The notes under the pieces were generated by a model, which did not search any database, was not told the origin of the DNA, and saw nothing but the letters and a program-made list of their open reading frames with translations. A program made the position numbers and the translations under genes. From assembly GCA_021813945.1 (NCBI GenBank), contig JAKAJD010000001.1:335072-399071 (forward strand): a stretch of 64,000 nucleotides of DNA, in the 5' to 3' direction. Origin of the DNA: a bacterium (lineage in GTDB: Bacteria > Patescibacteriota > Microgenomatia > Curtissbacterales > GWA2-41-24). This document shows, piece after piece, positions 9,604 to 20,024 of the stretch. Position 1 is the first letter of the stretch; every line of letters starts with the position of its first letter.

Positions 9604-10265
9604 ACATTGCATTAATTACTCTTTTCCCTGAAGTATTTACTCCCATCACTAAAGCAAGCATCCTCAAAAGAGCCCAAAACAAAAGCCTTGTTAAATTTAA
9701 GTTTGTAAATCCCAGAGATTTTGCTAAAGACAAAAGGAAAACTGTTGACGATAAACCATACGGCGGAGGAGCAGGTATGGTTATGAAAGTAGATGTACTG
9801 CATAAAGCAATCTCTTCGCTTAAACCAAAGCCTTATTTAGTTCTACTTTCGGCATCTGGTGCAAAATTCACCCAAAAAAAGGCAAGGGCTTTCTCTACGA
9901 AGGAAAATCTGGCCTTAATTTGCGGCCATTATGAAGGCGTTGATGCTAGAGTCGAGAATTATGTCGATGAAGTTGTCTCAATAGGCGATTATGTCCTAAC
10001 AGGTGGAGAAATACCGGCAATGGTCATTTTGGATTCAATAGTCCGCCTTATTCCAGGCGTAATAAATTCAAAATCACCACAAGACGAATCCTTCGAAAAA
10101 AATCTGCTTGAATATCCTCAATATACAAGGCCTGAAGTTTATCAAAAAAAATCTGTACCTAATATTCTTTTAACCGGAAATCACCAGCAAATTGCTGAAT
10201 GGCGCAAAGATCAATCAGAAAAACGTACAAAAAAGTACAGACCTGACCTCGCCAAATCTAGTTAA
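9600..10265 (+). CDS. trmD: tRNA (guanine37-N1)-methyltransferase TrmD
   Basis: GTG start that overlaps the upstream stop codon. N-terminus I.LITLFPEVF and SPOUT motifs (DDKPYGGGAGMVM, VLLSASG, GHYEGVD). rimM is absent between the KH gene and trmD. Confidence 0.9.
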   Translation: MNIALITLFPEVFTPITKASILKRAQNKSLVKFKFVNPRDFAKDKRKTVDDKPYGGGAGMVMKVDVLHKAISSLKPKPYLVLLSASGAKFTQKKARAFSTKENLALICGHYEGVDARVENYVDEVVSIGDYVLTGGEIPAMVILDSIVRLIPGVINSKSPQDESFEKNLLEYPQYTRPEVYQKKSVPNILLTGNHQQIAEWRKDQSEKRTKKYRPDLAKSS

Positions 10266-11068
10266 AATGGCGCAAATAGATCTGATCTGCCCATTGGAAC
10301 TTGGGGAACCGCAGAACTACTTGCTTGCTCGGTAGGTACTGTCACAACAGCATTAAGTCTTCCGACTTCGGCACTTGAAAGTTTATCGACAGGTTTATCA
10401 AGCGTTCCAAGATTAGTTGGCAGCGGTCTCCAGAAAGCATTTATTGTTATGGCAGCCCTCACAACTCCACCGCCTCCTTCCTTACCGCTTGAGGAAGTAA
10501 GCGATAAATCATCGATAGAAATAACCCTTGAGCCGTTATAAAGATAACTTAAAAAATCCAAAAACGATCTATAACCGCCAGTCAGGGCAACCTTCACAAC
10601 TACAGCCGGAGACAAGCCTGATACTGAAGAAGCATTTTTGTCCGGCGGAGGAGCGGGAGCTCCGGAGCCTTGTCCTCCACCTGAGCTTAAACTCTTTGGG
10701 TCTACATCAACTTTTTCCACAAGTACACCAGATGTGGCAGAAGCCACCTCGATTTCCCTAAGTAGTGGAAAAATGCCGTTTTTAGATGGTAATAATTGCT
10801 CAGATTGCGCAAGTTGCTTTTCCAGCGTGGGCTTGTCCTGCGAAAGCGTAGTCAAAGTTTGAGCTTTTTCATTAAGCTGTGAAGCCTGAACCTCAAGTTG
10901 TTGGTTTGATGTTCTCATAGAAAGCACCTCCCCAAATTTAGGCCAAATCACAAAATAAGCAACCAAAATGGAAATTACCAGGCTTCCAACCGGCATAGCA
11001 AAAGGTATGTACTTAGAAACGCCTAGACTAATACCCGCCTTGGGAACTGAAATTGCAGGTAAATTCAT
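10262..11068 (-). CDS. pilO: type IV pilus assembly protein PilO-like, with a Gly/Ser-rich linker and an extra C-terminal domain that may be PilP-like
   Basis: N-terminal TM segment, then a coiled coil. Lies downstream of pilN in a pilMNO operon. Its stop codon overlaps the trmD stop on the opposite strand. Confidence 0.55.
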   Translation of the reverse strand: MNLPAISVPKAGISLGVSKYIPFAMPVGSLVISILVAYFVIWPKFGEVLSMRTSNQQLEVQASQLNEKAQTLTTLSQDKPTLEKQLAQSEQLLPSKNGIFPLLREIEVASATSGVLVEKVDVDPKSLSSGGGQGSGAPAPPPDKNASSVSGLSPAVVVKVALTGGYRSFLDFLSYLYNGSRVISIDDLSLTSSSGKEGGGGVVRAAITINAFWRPLPTNLGTLDKPVDKLSSAEVGRLNAVVTVPTEQASSSAVPQVPMGRSDLFAPF

Positions 11069-11637
11069 GAATTGTCTCCTCCCGGCGGTTTGGCAGCAGA
11101 ACTTCCATTAAGTTGGCTAGATATACTAAAGGTATAGACACCGTCTTGGTCTGAGCTTAAAGAATCTATATTTACATTTGAAATTATTTTGGAGCCTGAG
11201 TCAGAAGCAAGAGACGATATAAATCCGGCAATGTCAGCGGATGTTTTTGCTTTTCCAGAAAACGTTGCCTTGGCTCCTGTAAATTTTATATCCGTGAAAT
11301 AAACATTCTGGGGAACCAATTGAGCAAACTGAGAAAAAACGTTAACCTGGTCAGATCTGCCACTCAGTACCTTTTCAGCAACAGATGCTTTGTCCTTTGT
11401 CACAACCACCAGTGCCTCGGTATCTTTAAGCGAATTTATCTCGGCAGTACTTGATTCAATTTCGTTCTCTATCTTTGCTCTACCTGAAGCATACCTTGTA
11501 AACATCACAAGCGTTACCACCCCGAAGGCAGCAACCAAAACCAAAACAAGAGCCGAAAACAATGTGAGCTTCTTGCGAATACCCTCAGCCGCTTCCGATC
11601 CCTTATCTTCAACCGGCAATAAATTTATATCAGGCAT
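11065..11637 (-). CDS. pilN: type IV pilus assembly protein PilN
   Basis: N-terminal INLLP motif followed by a single TM helix. Sits directly downstream of pilM. Confidence 0.7.
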   Translation of the reverse strand: MPDINLLPVEDKGSEAAEGIRKKLTLFSALVLVLVAAFGVVTLVMFTRYASGRAKIENEIESSTAEINSLKDTEALVVVTKDKASVAEKVLSGRSDQVNVFSQFAQLVPQNVYFTDIKFTGAKATFSGKAKTSADIAGFISSLASDSGSKIISNVNIDSLSSDQDGVYTFSISSQLNGSSAAKPPGGDNS

Positions 11638-11675
11638 CTTAATTTAGCGTAACAAAAGCTACATTTCAAAACAAC

Positions 11676-12695
11676 CTAAACTCTTTGTGCGAGCCCAGTT
11701 GCAACTGAATAAAAACTACCCTGACCCGGAATTTTCAAAATCACACCTTCCTTTTCAAAGTTCAGCCAAGGGTCTCCCAATGAAACCTCCAAACTTGTCC
11801 TGGTGGTTAAATACTCCGACAATCCTGGCAAATAAGCTCCACCTCCACAAACTATGATTCTTGAAAAAACCGTTCCCTGCAAATGATTTCTGGAATACTC
11901 AAGAGCCTTGAGGATCTCCAAAACTACTACTTCCAAAAGAGGCTTAAGTACGTTTGCCACTTTTCCCCCAAGCTGATCGGGCAACACTCCGTAAGTATGT
12001 TTATATTGCTCTGCTTGTACTTGGCCCATGTTAAATTCTGCCATCACAGCACGAGTCAAAGCATACCCACCGGTTGAAACTGATCTTGTAAAAAGCACGT
12101 TTCCTCCCTTAACCAAAACAAGCTCGCACGATGCAGCACCCAAAGAAACAATAACTGCCGGCAAATCGGAGGGCGTAGTCAATGCTCTAGCAAGAGAGCT
12201 GGATTCGGTTTCCATTGCTGAAAGATTCAAATCGGAATCGCGAACCAGTTTTACGTATTTTTCCACGATTCGCTTTGGGGCAGCAACCAAAAGCACATCC
12301 ATCATCCCGCTTTTGCCTAAAGCCGGCTTGGATACAACCTGATACTGCAAATTAACATCTTTCAAGGGAAGTGGAATATACTGATCAGCCTCCCAATTGA
12401 TAGCAGAAGAAAGCTCTTTGTCGGTAAGGTTAGGCATCTGAATCAGCCTTGTCACCACTTGCGACTCAACAATTGAAACATTACATTTATTGCCTTTTAC
12501 ACCAGAAGAGCGAACAACTGCCTTTATCGCCTCGGATACTTTTTTCATTTCCATTGGAGCATCTGTCTGAATCCCACCAGCAGGTGTCGGAGCATTTGCT
12601 GCCGCCGACAAAATTTTCTTTTTCCCAGAAACCTTAACTTCTACTACTTTAATAAATGACCTTCCTATATCTAGGCCAAATACATCGTTTGCCAT
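11676..12695 (-). CDS. pilM: type IV pilus assembly protein PilM (actin-like ATPase fold)
   Basis: N-terminus GLDIGRSFIKVVE. FtsA/PilM-like two-domain pattern. About 340 aa. Confidence 0.85.
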   Translation of the reverse strand: MANDVFGLDIGRSFIKVVEVKVSGKKKILSAAANAPTPAGGIQTDAPMEMKKVSEAIKAVVRSSGVKGNKCNVSIVESQVVTRLIQMPNLTDKELSSAINWEADQYIPLPLKDVNLQYQVVSKPALGKSGMMDVLLVAAPKRIVEKYVKLVRDSDLNLSAMETESSSLARALTTPSDLPAVIVSLGAASCELVLVKGGNVLFTRSVSTGGYALTRAVMAEFNMGQVQAEQYKHTYGVLPDQLGGKVANVLKPLLEVVVLEILKALEYSRNHLQGTVFSRIIVCGGGAYLPGLSEYLTTRTSLEVSLGDPWLNFEKEGVILKIPGQGSFYSVATGLAQRV

Positions 12696-12704
12696 AATAA
12701 ACCT

Positions 12705-13013
12705 CTATTGCGCCGAAGGGCTGCCCTGCGGCATTGTTTGGGCTGAAGAACTGGCAGGTTTGGGAATTGGAGTAGATACGACGACAGGAGCTGATGAAGG
12801 TTGAGAGTTGACTATATTTTCAATTGAACCGGTATCAAGGTTGCGGTTATTGTTTGATTGAGATGGTGAGGTGTTTACTTTCGGGCTCAAAAACAAAAGA
12901 AGCAGCGCTGGAATTATAATCGCCCCAAGACCAACTAAAGAAAGTAGAATTTTGGCAGTTTTGCTCATAACTTTATTTAAGGATGTCTCCCTCGGAAAAC
13001 ATTGTGTAGTCAA
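12705..13013 (-). CDS. hypothetical small membrane protein
   Basis: One TM helix and a Ser/Pro-rich tail. Overlaps the upstream gene by 41 nt. Weak support. Confidence 0.3.
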   Translation of the reverse strand: MTTQCFPRETSLNKVMSKTAKILLSLVGLGAIIIPALLLLFLSPKVNTSPSQSNNNRNLDTGSIENIVNSQPSSAPVVVSTPIPKPASSSAQTMPQGSPSAQ

Positions 13014-13839
13014 AAATAGCCGGCATCATTGGAAGTGCAGTTCTTTTTACCTGAACTGCACGAGTTACACCCGCATTACTGGAAGCTGACGAGGAGATAT
13101 CATAAGTTTGCACGGGCAAATCAAACCCCACACCGAAAACTTTCACTGTCGTACTGGCCCAAAACGGTTTAATACGCAAAGCAAGTGGGGTACTTGAAGT
13201 AACTGCAACCCGTATACATTGCGTATACCCGTCAGAAGGTGGGCTGGGACAAGAAGACGTTCCAAATGTATTAATGCCTAATGTTTCGTTTGGTCGGGTA
13301 GAGGGATTTGGTACATACCACCTCATCATGCCGTATGAAGAAGACCCGTACAATTGTCCTATCTCCAAAGAAGCTGGCCCTCCGTTGCTATTTTCTGCTG
13401 AGCCTTTAGCCCAGTGAACTTCAACTTGAGAAGCTGGTGGATTTACCAGGCCGGTTAGATCAATTTGTCCGACTTCACCCAGTTCCACCTTGCTTTCGTA
13501 AACCTTTGAACCTTTTACATTAACGCTGGCAGTAATATCAGAAGAAACTGGTACGCTACACGTTGCCGTACTGCCTACAACTGAGCATCCCGATGTACTG
13601 GTGCCTAATTTAATATCGCTAGAAATTTTCGTAAGCTTAGATAAAACATCCTCAACCCCACCTTCAGCAGCCCCAAATGCCCTTTGCGATTCTTTGGTCT
13701 GTGTAGATGTTCTCAAATTGACTATATTTCTGGAAGCAACAGAAAGACCAACAGCCAAAGCAACAACCACAATAAGAAGTACCAATATCAAAATTTGGCC
13801 TGATTTCATCTTCCTCATTCTATTGTCAGGCGTCACCAC
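12973..13839 (-). CDS. PilX-like minor pilin or pilus-associated protein
   Basis: N-terminus KSGQILILVLLIVVVALAVGLSV followed by RAFGAAEGG. This resembles the PilX N-terminal domain. Confidence 0.5.
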   Translation of the reverse strand: MVTPDNRMRKMKSGQILILVLLIVVVALAVGLSVASRNIVNLRTSTQTKESQRAFGAAEGGVEDVLSKLTKISSDIKLGTSTSGCSVVGSTATCSVPVSSDITASVNVKGSKVYESKVELGEVGQIDLTGLVNPPASQVEVHWAKGSAENSNGGPASLEIGQLYGSSSYGMMRWYVPNPSTRPNETLGINTFGTSSCPSPPSDGYTQCIRVAVTSSTPLALRIKPFWASTTVKVFGVGFDLPVQTYDISSSASSNAGVTRAVQVKRTALPMMPAIFDYTMFSEGDILK

Positions 13840-13906
13840 TCACTTGTCAAATACCCACCTTGGCTCACACCTTAGTCCTTCGTCGTTATTCGTTAAGACC
13901 TCATAT

Positions 13907-14566
13907 CTAATACGTCCTCAGCGATATCGTGGTATTAAAATTGGCAGATGCCATAAAATCAGCTCTAGTGGGAGCATCAAGCCCTTGAGAAGCAGTAAAC
14001 TGGACAGAAACAACAGCTGGGATATTGGAGCCTTGTGATGCTGATTTTGAAGTCACACCAAACGAGCAGTTAGTAATTTCCACCCCTTTGACTCGATCGT
14101 CATTGCTCACAGAAATAAAGTTAGAGTCAGAAGGTGAGCCGGAAGCCATAGACACCGACCCAATACGATCATTTTGAGTAGCGGTTGAACTTAAGCACTT
14201 TATGTAAAGTGGATCGTCATTTGGCCTGGTTAAAACAATAGTTGTGTAATTCGGGCCAGCACCAATCCCGGCTACATTAGTTGCACCACGTATTTGCTTA
14301 TCCAAAGAATCCAAAACGGCCTGGCCGTTTTGCTTAACCTCTTGTGTAATATTTGTTTGATTTGCACCTCTTAATGTGGAATTCAAAAAGAGCATTATCG
14401 ATCCAAGCAAAAATCCCAAAACCCCCAAAACAACCACAAATTCAATTAAAGTGAAGCCGTATGGGCGAACTTTAATATCAGATCGCAACTGCGAAGCTGA
14501 TCTAAGCGTAAAACCCTCAAAAGTTTTGATTTTTGACCTTTGAATTTTGAGTTTATGGTAGGGCAT
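13907..14566 (-). CDS. type IV pilin-like protein (minor pilin or pseudopilin); the true start is probably downstream of the annotated Met
   Basis: Class III signal motif G/FTLIEFVVVLGVL with Glu at position +5. The annotated ORF carries a 37-aa leader, which is unusually long. Confidence 0.65.
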   Translation of the reverse strand: MPYHKLKIQRSKIKTFEGFTLRSASQLRSDIKVRPYGFTLIEFVVVLGVLGFLLGSIMLFLNSTLRGANQTNITQEVKQNGQAVLDSLDKQIRGATNVAGIGAGPNYTTIVLTRPNDDPLYIKCLSSTATQNDRIGSVSMASGSPSDSNFISVSNDDRVKGVEITNCSFGVTSKSASQGSNIPAVVSVQFTASQGLDAPTRADFMASANFNTTISLRTY

Positions 14567-14590
14567 TATCTAAACTATAGCACGAAAAAC

Positions 14591-15043
14591 TTACGGCCCC
14601 TGCCACAAAGAAAGGATCGTATGACTGGTAACAGTTTGGGTACCACCAGAATCAATCCACTGCACAGTTGCCGTTATAAGCTTTGTGTTTAAATCAGTAC
14701 CGTCAGCAATTGCAAGCTGTCTTGTGAAATTCATACCACCCTCAACTAGTGTTTGAGGGCAACTTCCGCCATCTGTTAAAGTCCAAGAACTGGGATCTGA
14801 ACTTGGCATATTTATAATGTAGCATGAGTTATTTGAAAGGGCACCATAGCCTTGTCTATCCCTAAAAACTCTAATTTCCTCAATATATTCCTCAGCAAGC
14901 TTAGTAGCCTGCGCGTTACTTCTGGCAGTACGCGCAGTTTTATTCGAAACTAAGCTTGCAGAAATAATGGCAACCGCTAAAATTGCCGCAATTCCAACGC
15001 TAACTATGACCTCAATTAAAGATTGACCATCAACCTGCTTCAT
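14591..15043 (-). CDS. type IV pilin-like protein (minor pilin or pseudopilin)
   Basis: MKQVDG/QSLIEVIVSVGIAAIL prepilin-type leader with Glu at position +5. Confidence 0.65.
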   Translation of the reverse strand: MKQVDGQSLIEVIVSVGIAAILAVAIISASLVSNKTARTARSNAQATKLAEEYIEEIRVFRDRQGYGALSNNSCYIINMPSSDPSSWTLTDGGSCPQTLVEGGMNFTRQLAIADGTDLNTKLITATVQWIDSGGTQTVTSHTILSLWQGP

Positions 15044-15630
15044 TGAACTTCACCAGCAGATGTCATGACAACATTGCTCGTGCCTTCAGAAGAAGAGAGA
15101 GTTACAGTAAAATTATTCTGCGGCGTAGTCCCATACAAATTCAAAAGAGAATCATCACTAGTGTTTATAAATGGGGTCGCACTGTGAAAAGTAACACCAT
15201 CCTTTAAATGTCTAAACAATTCATAAGCCGGTCCTGAAATAGACGTAGAACCATAAGCCATACCAGCCACGGTAACACCCGCCGGAAGGGTTACAGTTGA
15301 CGTGCCAAATGTAAATAAAGGACCTCCGCTTGCAATGGGCAATGTCTCGCATAAACCTGTCATAGTAATCTGATTGCTTGCAATAGTCAAAGTAACATAC
15401 CACCCCACAAGCCCACCGTTAGTTGCCGCACACTGCGATTTTCCAGACAAAGCATTATTTTGAGCCTGACGCACAGTGTTTTTTAAAACACTTGCCGCCT
15501 CCGTTAGCCTTTGCCGCTTCTCAAACGAAAGAAACGCTGCCGAAACGCTTGCTCCAAGTATTGCCATTAGAGAAATCACGATCAAAAGTTCCACAAAAGT
15601 AAAACCCGTTCTAAAATTTGGAATTTGCAT
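15040..15630 (-). CDS. type IV pilin-like protein (FimT/PilE-like minor pilin); start placed at the internal Met MQIPNFRTG/FTFVELL
   Basis: Prepilin motif G/FTFVELLIVISLMAIL. The longer ORF running to 15714 would overlap pilD by 46 nt. Confidence 0.6.
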   Translation of the reverse strand: MQIPNFRTGFTFVELLIVISLMAILGASVSAAFLSFEKRQRLTEAASVLKNTVRQAQNNALSGKSQCAATNGGLVGWYVTLTIASNQITMTGLCETLPIASGGPLFTFGTSTVTLPAGVTVAGMAYGSTSISGPAYELFRHLKDGVTFHSATPFINTSDDSLLNLYGTTPQNNFTVTLSSSEGTSNVVMTSAGEVQ

Positions 15631-15668
15631 TTTCGAAGAAAAAGTCTTCAATTTGGAATTTGGAATTT

Positions 15669-16466
15669 TCACAACAGTGCCCTCGTATACCAACTCAAAA
15701 CAAGCTCGCCCCAAAAAAGTGCAATTAAAAATCCGGCAACTAGAAACGGCGCAAATGGCACGGTTTGTCCAAATTTTTTCCGCCTTATGGCAATTAAGAT
15801 CAAGGAAAATAAAGCACCTAAAAAGAAAGCCAAAAACACCGCTACCAATACCCCTCGAATACCCAGTACTATGCCCATCAAAAATGCCAGAACAATATCC
15901 CCCTGACCCATACCTCGTCCACGAGTCGCAACAACTATTATCAAAAAGAAAAGTCCCGCACCAAAAGCAGCCATAATGTTTTCAATAAAAACCGCTGAAG
16001 ATAAGAAAAAATAATTATAGAATAAGGAAACGATAGCAGCAGCAAACACAAAAGTCGTCGGAATAAGTGAGAATTTCCAATCAACCACTGCAACCACCAC
16101 AACAGTCGAAACCAAAAATAGAATGTAGAAAGATGTGATTAGATCAAAATTCCCTGATTCAGCCAAATACCAAAAACTGACTGCAAAAAGAATAGCAGTT
16201 ATTGTTTCGACGATAGGGTATTGCCAGGAAAGTGGCTTTTTGCAATAACGACATTTTGCCCGAAGAACCGCAAAGCTTAGAAGCGGAACTAAATCAAATG
16301 TGCCTAGCTGGGCCTTACAGTAATCACAATAAGACCTACCCATAATTGTTTCGCCTCTGGTAGTCCTGTCGATAACAACATTCAAAAAACTGCCGACCGC
16401 CGAGCCTAAAATGAAAAAGATAATAAGATAAAGAACCACTACCTTGATAGTAGCCTTATTAGACAC
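15669..16466 (-). CDS. pilD: prepilin peptidase / N-methyltransferase PilD (A24 family)
   Basis: GTG start. N-terminal CxxC...CxxC zinc motif (CDYCKAQL...CRYCKKPL). Multi-TM body with conserved Asp residues. Confidence 0.88.
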   Translation of the reverse strand: MSNKATIKVVVLYLIIFFILGSAVGSFLNVVIDRTTRGETIMGRSYCDYCKAQLGTFDLVPLLSFAVLRAKCRYCKKPLSWQYPIVETITAILFAVSFWYLAESGNFDLITSFYILFLVSTVVVVAVVDWKFSLIPTTFVFAAAIVSLFYNYFFLSSAVFIENIMAAFGAGLFFLIIVVATRGRGMGQGDIVLAFLMGIVLGIRGVLVAVFLAFFLGALFSLILIAIRRKKFGQTVPFAPFLVAGFLIALFWGELVLSWYTRALL

Positions 16467-16522
16467 ATTCTGACAAGTTGAACCTATTTAAGCTAAAGTT
16501 TTTCTGCTAAACTTGCAAGTAG

Positions 16523-18667
16523 GTGATCTGGAAAATCTTAAAAAACTACTGGCCAGGGATAACAATCACAGTAGTAGTATTCGCTTTTCTATCAAACTTA
16601 TTCTTTCCAAGATTATCTCTTTTGGTCACTCCAGATTACGGAAGAAGCGATTCATGGAGTCTATCTATAGCAGACAGTTATTACTATGCCCAAGAACTTA
16701 AAAATAATCACTTTCCAATTTGGAATCCTCACATTGGAAATGGTTTTCCTACATTTGCAGAAGGTCAGACGGGTGAACTTTACCCGTTAAATTTTGTATT
16801 GTTTAGAATCTTGCCATTCCCACTTGCATATAACCTTACCATTACATTTACATTAATTATCGCTGCAACAGGTGCTTATCTTTTTTGCCGCTCCCTAAAA
16901 ATCTCAAGATATTCTGCAACATTTGCAGGTCTAATATTTTCTCTTGGAGGGTTTTTCGTTTTTCACCTACAGCATCACGCTCTAATAGAAACAGCATCAC
17001 TTTTACCGTGGTTATTTTGGGCAACTAATGAATTTATTAATAGTAAAAAAATTAAATTTCTACTCTTCATAAGTATCTTTTCATCTCTTCAAATTCTCTC
17101 CGGATTTCCACAGCTAGCCTTTTATGCTGAAGTTTCAATAGCTTTATATGTTTCACTACATTCCATCTTCAATAAATCAGCTAAACTTAAACCCCTAATC
17201 TTAGTCGTTTGTGCAATCATACTTGGACTTTTCCTGGCATCGATTCAACTTCTTCCAAGCTACGAATTCTTGAAACTGTCCACAAGATCAGCCAATCCAG
17301 GTGAAATTCTTTCTCAATTTCCTTATTTACCAAAAAATTTGCTACAGTTTTTAAACCCGTTCATACTCGGCAGTCCAAAAGACGGAACATACCCACTATG
17401 GCAACCTGGAAAATGGGGTATATTTTGGGAAAGTTCGGCATATATAGGAGTTCTTCCGCTAATCCTGGGTCTAGGCACAATATTTGGAACTGTTTTTAAA
17501 AGCAAAAAAAATATTATTGTTTTTTGCATGTCTGGGATTTTTGCGCTCACCCTATTGCTTGCTTTGGGAAAAGAATCACCACTTTATGTTATCTTCACAA
17601 TTCCACCATTTTCACTTTTTAGAGTCCCTTCAAGATTTTTACTCCCTGCCAGTTTCGCGCTTGTAACATTAAGCGCAATTTACCTTGATAAATTAAAAAA
17701 GTCCGTTGCCCTTCTTTTCATGACTCTATCTATTTTGGATATTTTTATATTCCTTAAAAACTATAATCCTACTCTAGAAGCCAGTGCACTTCTAAAAAAA
17801 CCAAAAACGGCACAATACTTAAGTGAAAACTTAGCTTCAAATGTCTATACCGTCGGAACAGTTAGCAAATGGAACGAAAGCTTTGTTAAAAACGGGTGGG
17901 GGAGCATCAAAAAATTTTTCTTTTTCAAAAATTATCTCGACCAAAACTCAAACTTAATTTTTAATATTGACCAATTCTCTGCTTATGAAAGTATCCAAAC
18001 CAGAAGACAGGCATTTTTGAAATCGCAAATTGCAAACAACATAAAATTTGTAAACCAAAAGTACTATTTCTCCGATAAAGCCATCAAGCTGCTTGCTGCC
18101 ACAAATACTAACCATATAATAAGTCCTTATGAGATAAACTCCTCGCTTGTAGACAAAGTGTTTACTTACCAGGAAGAAAATGGCAAGGTGAATATCTACA
18201 AAATTAAAGACTCGTTAGATCCGATTTTTCTTAGCAAAGAAGCTACAAGCGTCGAAACAATTCCAGATATTACAAGCGCTATTTCAAATGCCAACTTTGA
18301 TCCGCAAAAAGCTCCACTGGTGGAAAACCAAATAAGCCTGACCGGAAACGAACCTCGAACTTCACGACTTCAACTGATCAAACAATCCTCAACGGAAGTT
18401 ACTACAAAAACTCAAACCTCCGGTCCTCAAATTCTCACTTACAACCAAACTATTTACCCGGGATGGGAAGCTTATCTAGACTCCCAAAAAGTGGCAATTA
18501 TCCCATCAAATATAAACTCGATGGCAATAGAAATTCCAGAAGGTGATCATGTCATTACCTTTAGGTATTTCCCCAGAACCCTTGTTGTCGGTTTGCTAAT
18601 CAGTTTTGCGTCAGTGCTGATAACTTTAATGACTTTTTTAAAATATAGAAATCTTAAAGTAAGCTAG
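16523..18667 (+). CDS. large polytopic membrane protein, YfhO-like / GT-C-fold glycosyltransferase candidate
   Basis: 714 aa. At least ten hydrophobic segments in the N-terminal two thirds. Soluble C-terminal domain. Confidence 0.5.
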   Translation: MIWKILKNYWPGITITVVVFAFLSNLFFPRLSLLVTPDYGRSDSWSLSIADSYYYAQELKNNHFPIWNPHIGNGFPTFAEGQTGELYPLNFVLFRILPFPLAYNLTITFTLIIAATGAYLFCRSLKISRYSATFAGLIFSLGGFFVFHLQHHALIETASLLPWLFWATNEFINSKKIKFLLFISIFSSLQILSGFPQLAFYAEVSIALYVSLHSIFNKSAKLKPLILVVCAIILGLFLASIQLLPSYEFLKLSTRSANPGEILSQFPYLPKNLLQFLNPFILGSPKDGTYPLWQPGKWGIFWESSAYIGVLPLILGLGTIFGTVFKSKKNIIVFCMSGIFALTLLLALGKESPLYVIFTIPPFSLFRVPSRFLLPASFALVTLSAIYLDKLKKSVALLFMTLSILDIFIFLKNYNPTLEASALLKKPKTAQYLSENLASNVYTVGTVSKWNESFVKNGWGSIKKFFFFKNYLDQNSNLIFNIDQFSAYESIQTRRQAFLKSQIANNIKFVNQKYYFSDKAIKLLAATNTNHIISPYEINSSLVDKVFTYQEENGKVNIYKIKDSLDPIFLSKEATSVETIPDITSAISNANFDPQKAPLVENQISLTGNEPRTSRLQLIKQSSTEVTTKTQTSGPQILTYNQTIYPGWEAYLDSQKVAIIPSNINSMAIEIPEGDHVITFRYFPRTLVVGLLISFASVLITLMTFLKYRNLKVS

Positions 18668-18704
18668 TGCTGAATTAAAATCCAAAAGTGTTTAGAATCA
18701 AATT

Positions 18705-20024
18705 GTGACAATTTTAGGAATTTCAATACTGTTGATTTTCTTCGCGACAACGCCAAATTTAGGTTTTTTTACAATTCCGTCTATTTTAACAGTTACATCA
18801 GTAATTCTTATTTTAATTTTAAACACGTCAAGCCTCATAAAAATAAAGTCGTTTGACATAAAGAGTGAGAAGGTTCTCACAATTTACTTATTCTTCATCC
18901 TGCTGTTTTATTCCGCAATTTACTATGGTGGTCTTTATCAAAACAAGAATTCGATAGTTTTAGGTTATTTTGTGCTAACAGGTTTCATTCTCATAAATTT
19001 CATCCGGTATCATTTTTTTAAAAAAACTTTCTCTTTTATATTCATTTGCACTGTATACGTCCTAATGTCTCTTTGGACGATTTTCAACTCTCCACACCCC
19101 GTAGTTGATACTGTAGTAGTTTTAAAAGAAGCACCGCAGATGTTAATTAGGGGAAAAAATCCTTATTCCTCAACCTTCACACAAGTTTATCCTAACGTAA
19201 ATCCCAACTATTACAATTATCTTCCTTTTAGTTTTTTCTACGAATTACCCTTTGTACTTTTATTTAAAGATCCCCGATCAGTGATCGTCTTTTCAAATTT
19301 GCTTTCTGCGATTTTAATCTACAAATTATTTAAAAAAACAGACAAGGAGCGTGTCATAAATGTTTTCGTTCTAACATTCTTATTCCTTCCCAGGACTTTC
19401 TATATGCTCGAACATGCATACCTGGATCCGGTAATCTTCTCCTTCTTCCTTCTCTTCATTTTTTTCTATGTGAACAAAAATAAAAACAAATTTGCATATT
19501 TATTTTTGGGATTGTTCCTTTCATTCAAGCAACCACCCATACTAACCATTCCGCTATTTTTAAAAGAGAACTTTTTTAGGAAAGACTTTTTTAAATTAAA
19601 AAATTTTTCGCTTTTCCTGCTACCCCTAATACTGCCATTAATTTATTTAGCAATAAACAGTAAGGCGTTTTTGGAAGATATCGTTTTTGGACTAAATCCA
19701 GCTAAGATTACCAGTCCTATTTCCTCAAGTCTAACATTGCCAACTCTTTTGAAATATCTCAGTATTAACGCAAATTTTGCTTATCTAATAGGGTTAATTC
19801 TATTTGCAGTAACTTTTATTTATCTGTTTTTTAAAAAAACTTCACCTTTAACAAAAATCGTTATAACATTTCTCGCCTTCAACTATTTTACCTATCATGC
19901 TTTTTTCAATAGCTATTTTCTGGTAATTCAATTTTTGCTGTTAGCAATTACAACCGAATATTTTGGGCAGGCAGATAAAGCACATTCGAAAAAGTCATTG
20001 CAACTTTTCCATCTGGGATCTTAA
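18705..20024 (+). CDS. polytopic membrane protein, possibly a GT-C-like glycosyltransferase
   Basis: 439 aa and almost entirely hydrophobic helices. No soluble-domain motif recognised. Confidence 0.45.
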   Translation: MTILGISILLIFFATTPNLGFFTIPSILTVTSVILILILNTSSLIKIKSFDIKSEKVLTIYLFFILLFYSAIYYGGLYQNKNSIVLGYFVLTGFILINFIRYHFFKKTFSFIFICTVYVLMSLWTIFNSPHPVVDTVVVLKEAPQMLIRGKNPYSSTFTQVYPNVNPNYYNYLPFSFFYELPFVLLFKDPRSVIVFSNLLSAILIYKLFKKTDKERVINVFVLTFLFLPRTFYMLEHAYLDPVIFSFFLLFIFFYVNKNKNKFAYLFLGLFLSFKQPPILTIPLFLKENFFRKDFFKLKNFSLFLLPLILPLIYLAINSKAFLEDIVFGLNPAKITSPISSSLTLPTLLKYLSINANFAYLIGLILFAVTFIYLFFKKTSPLTKIVITFLAFNYFTYHAFFNSYFLVIQFLLLAITTEYFGQADKAHSKKSLQLFHLGS

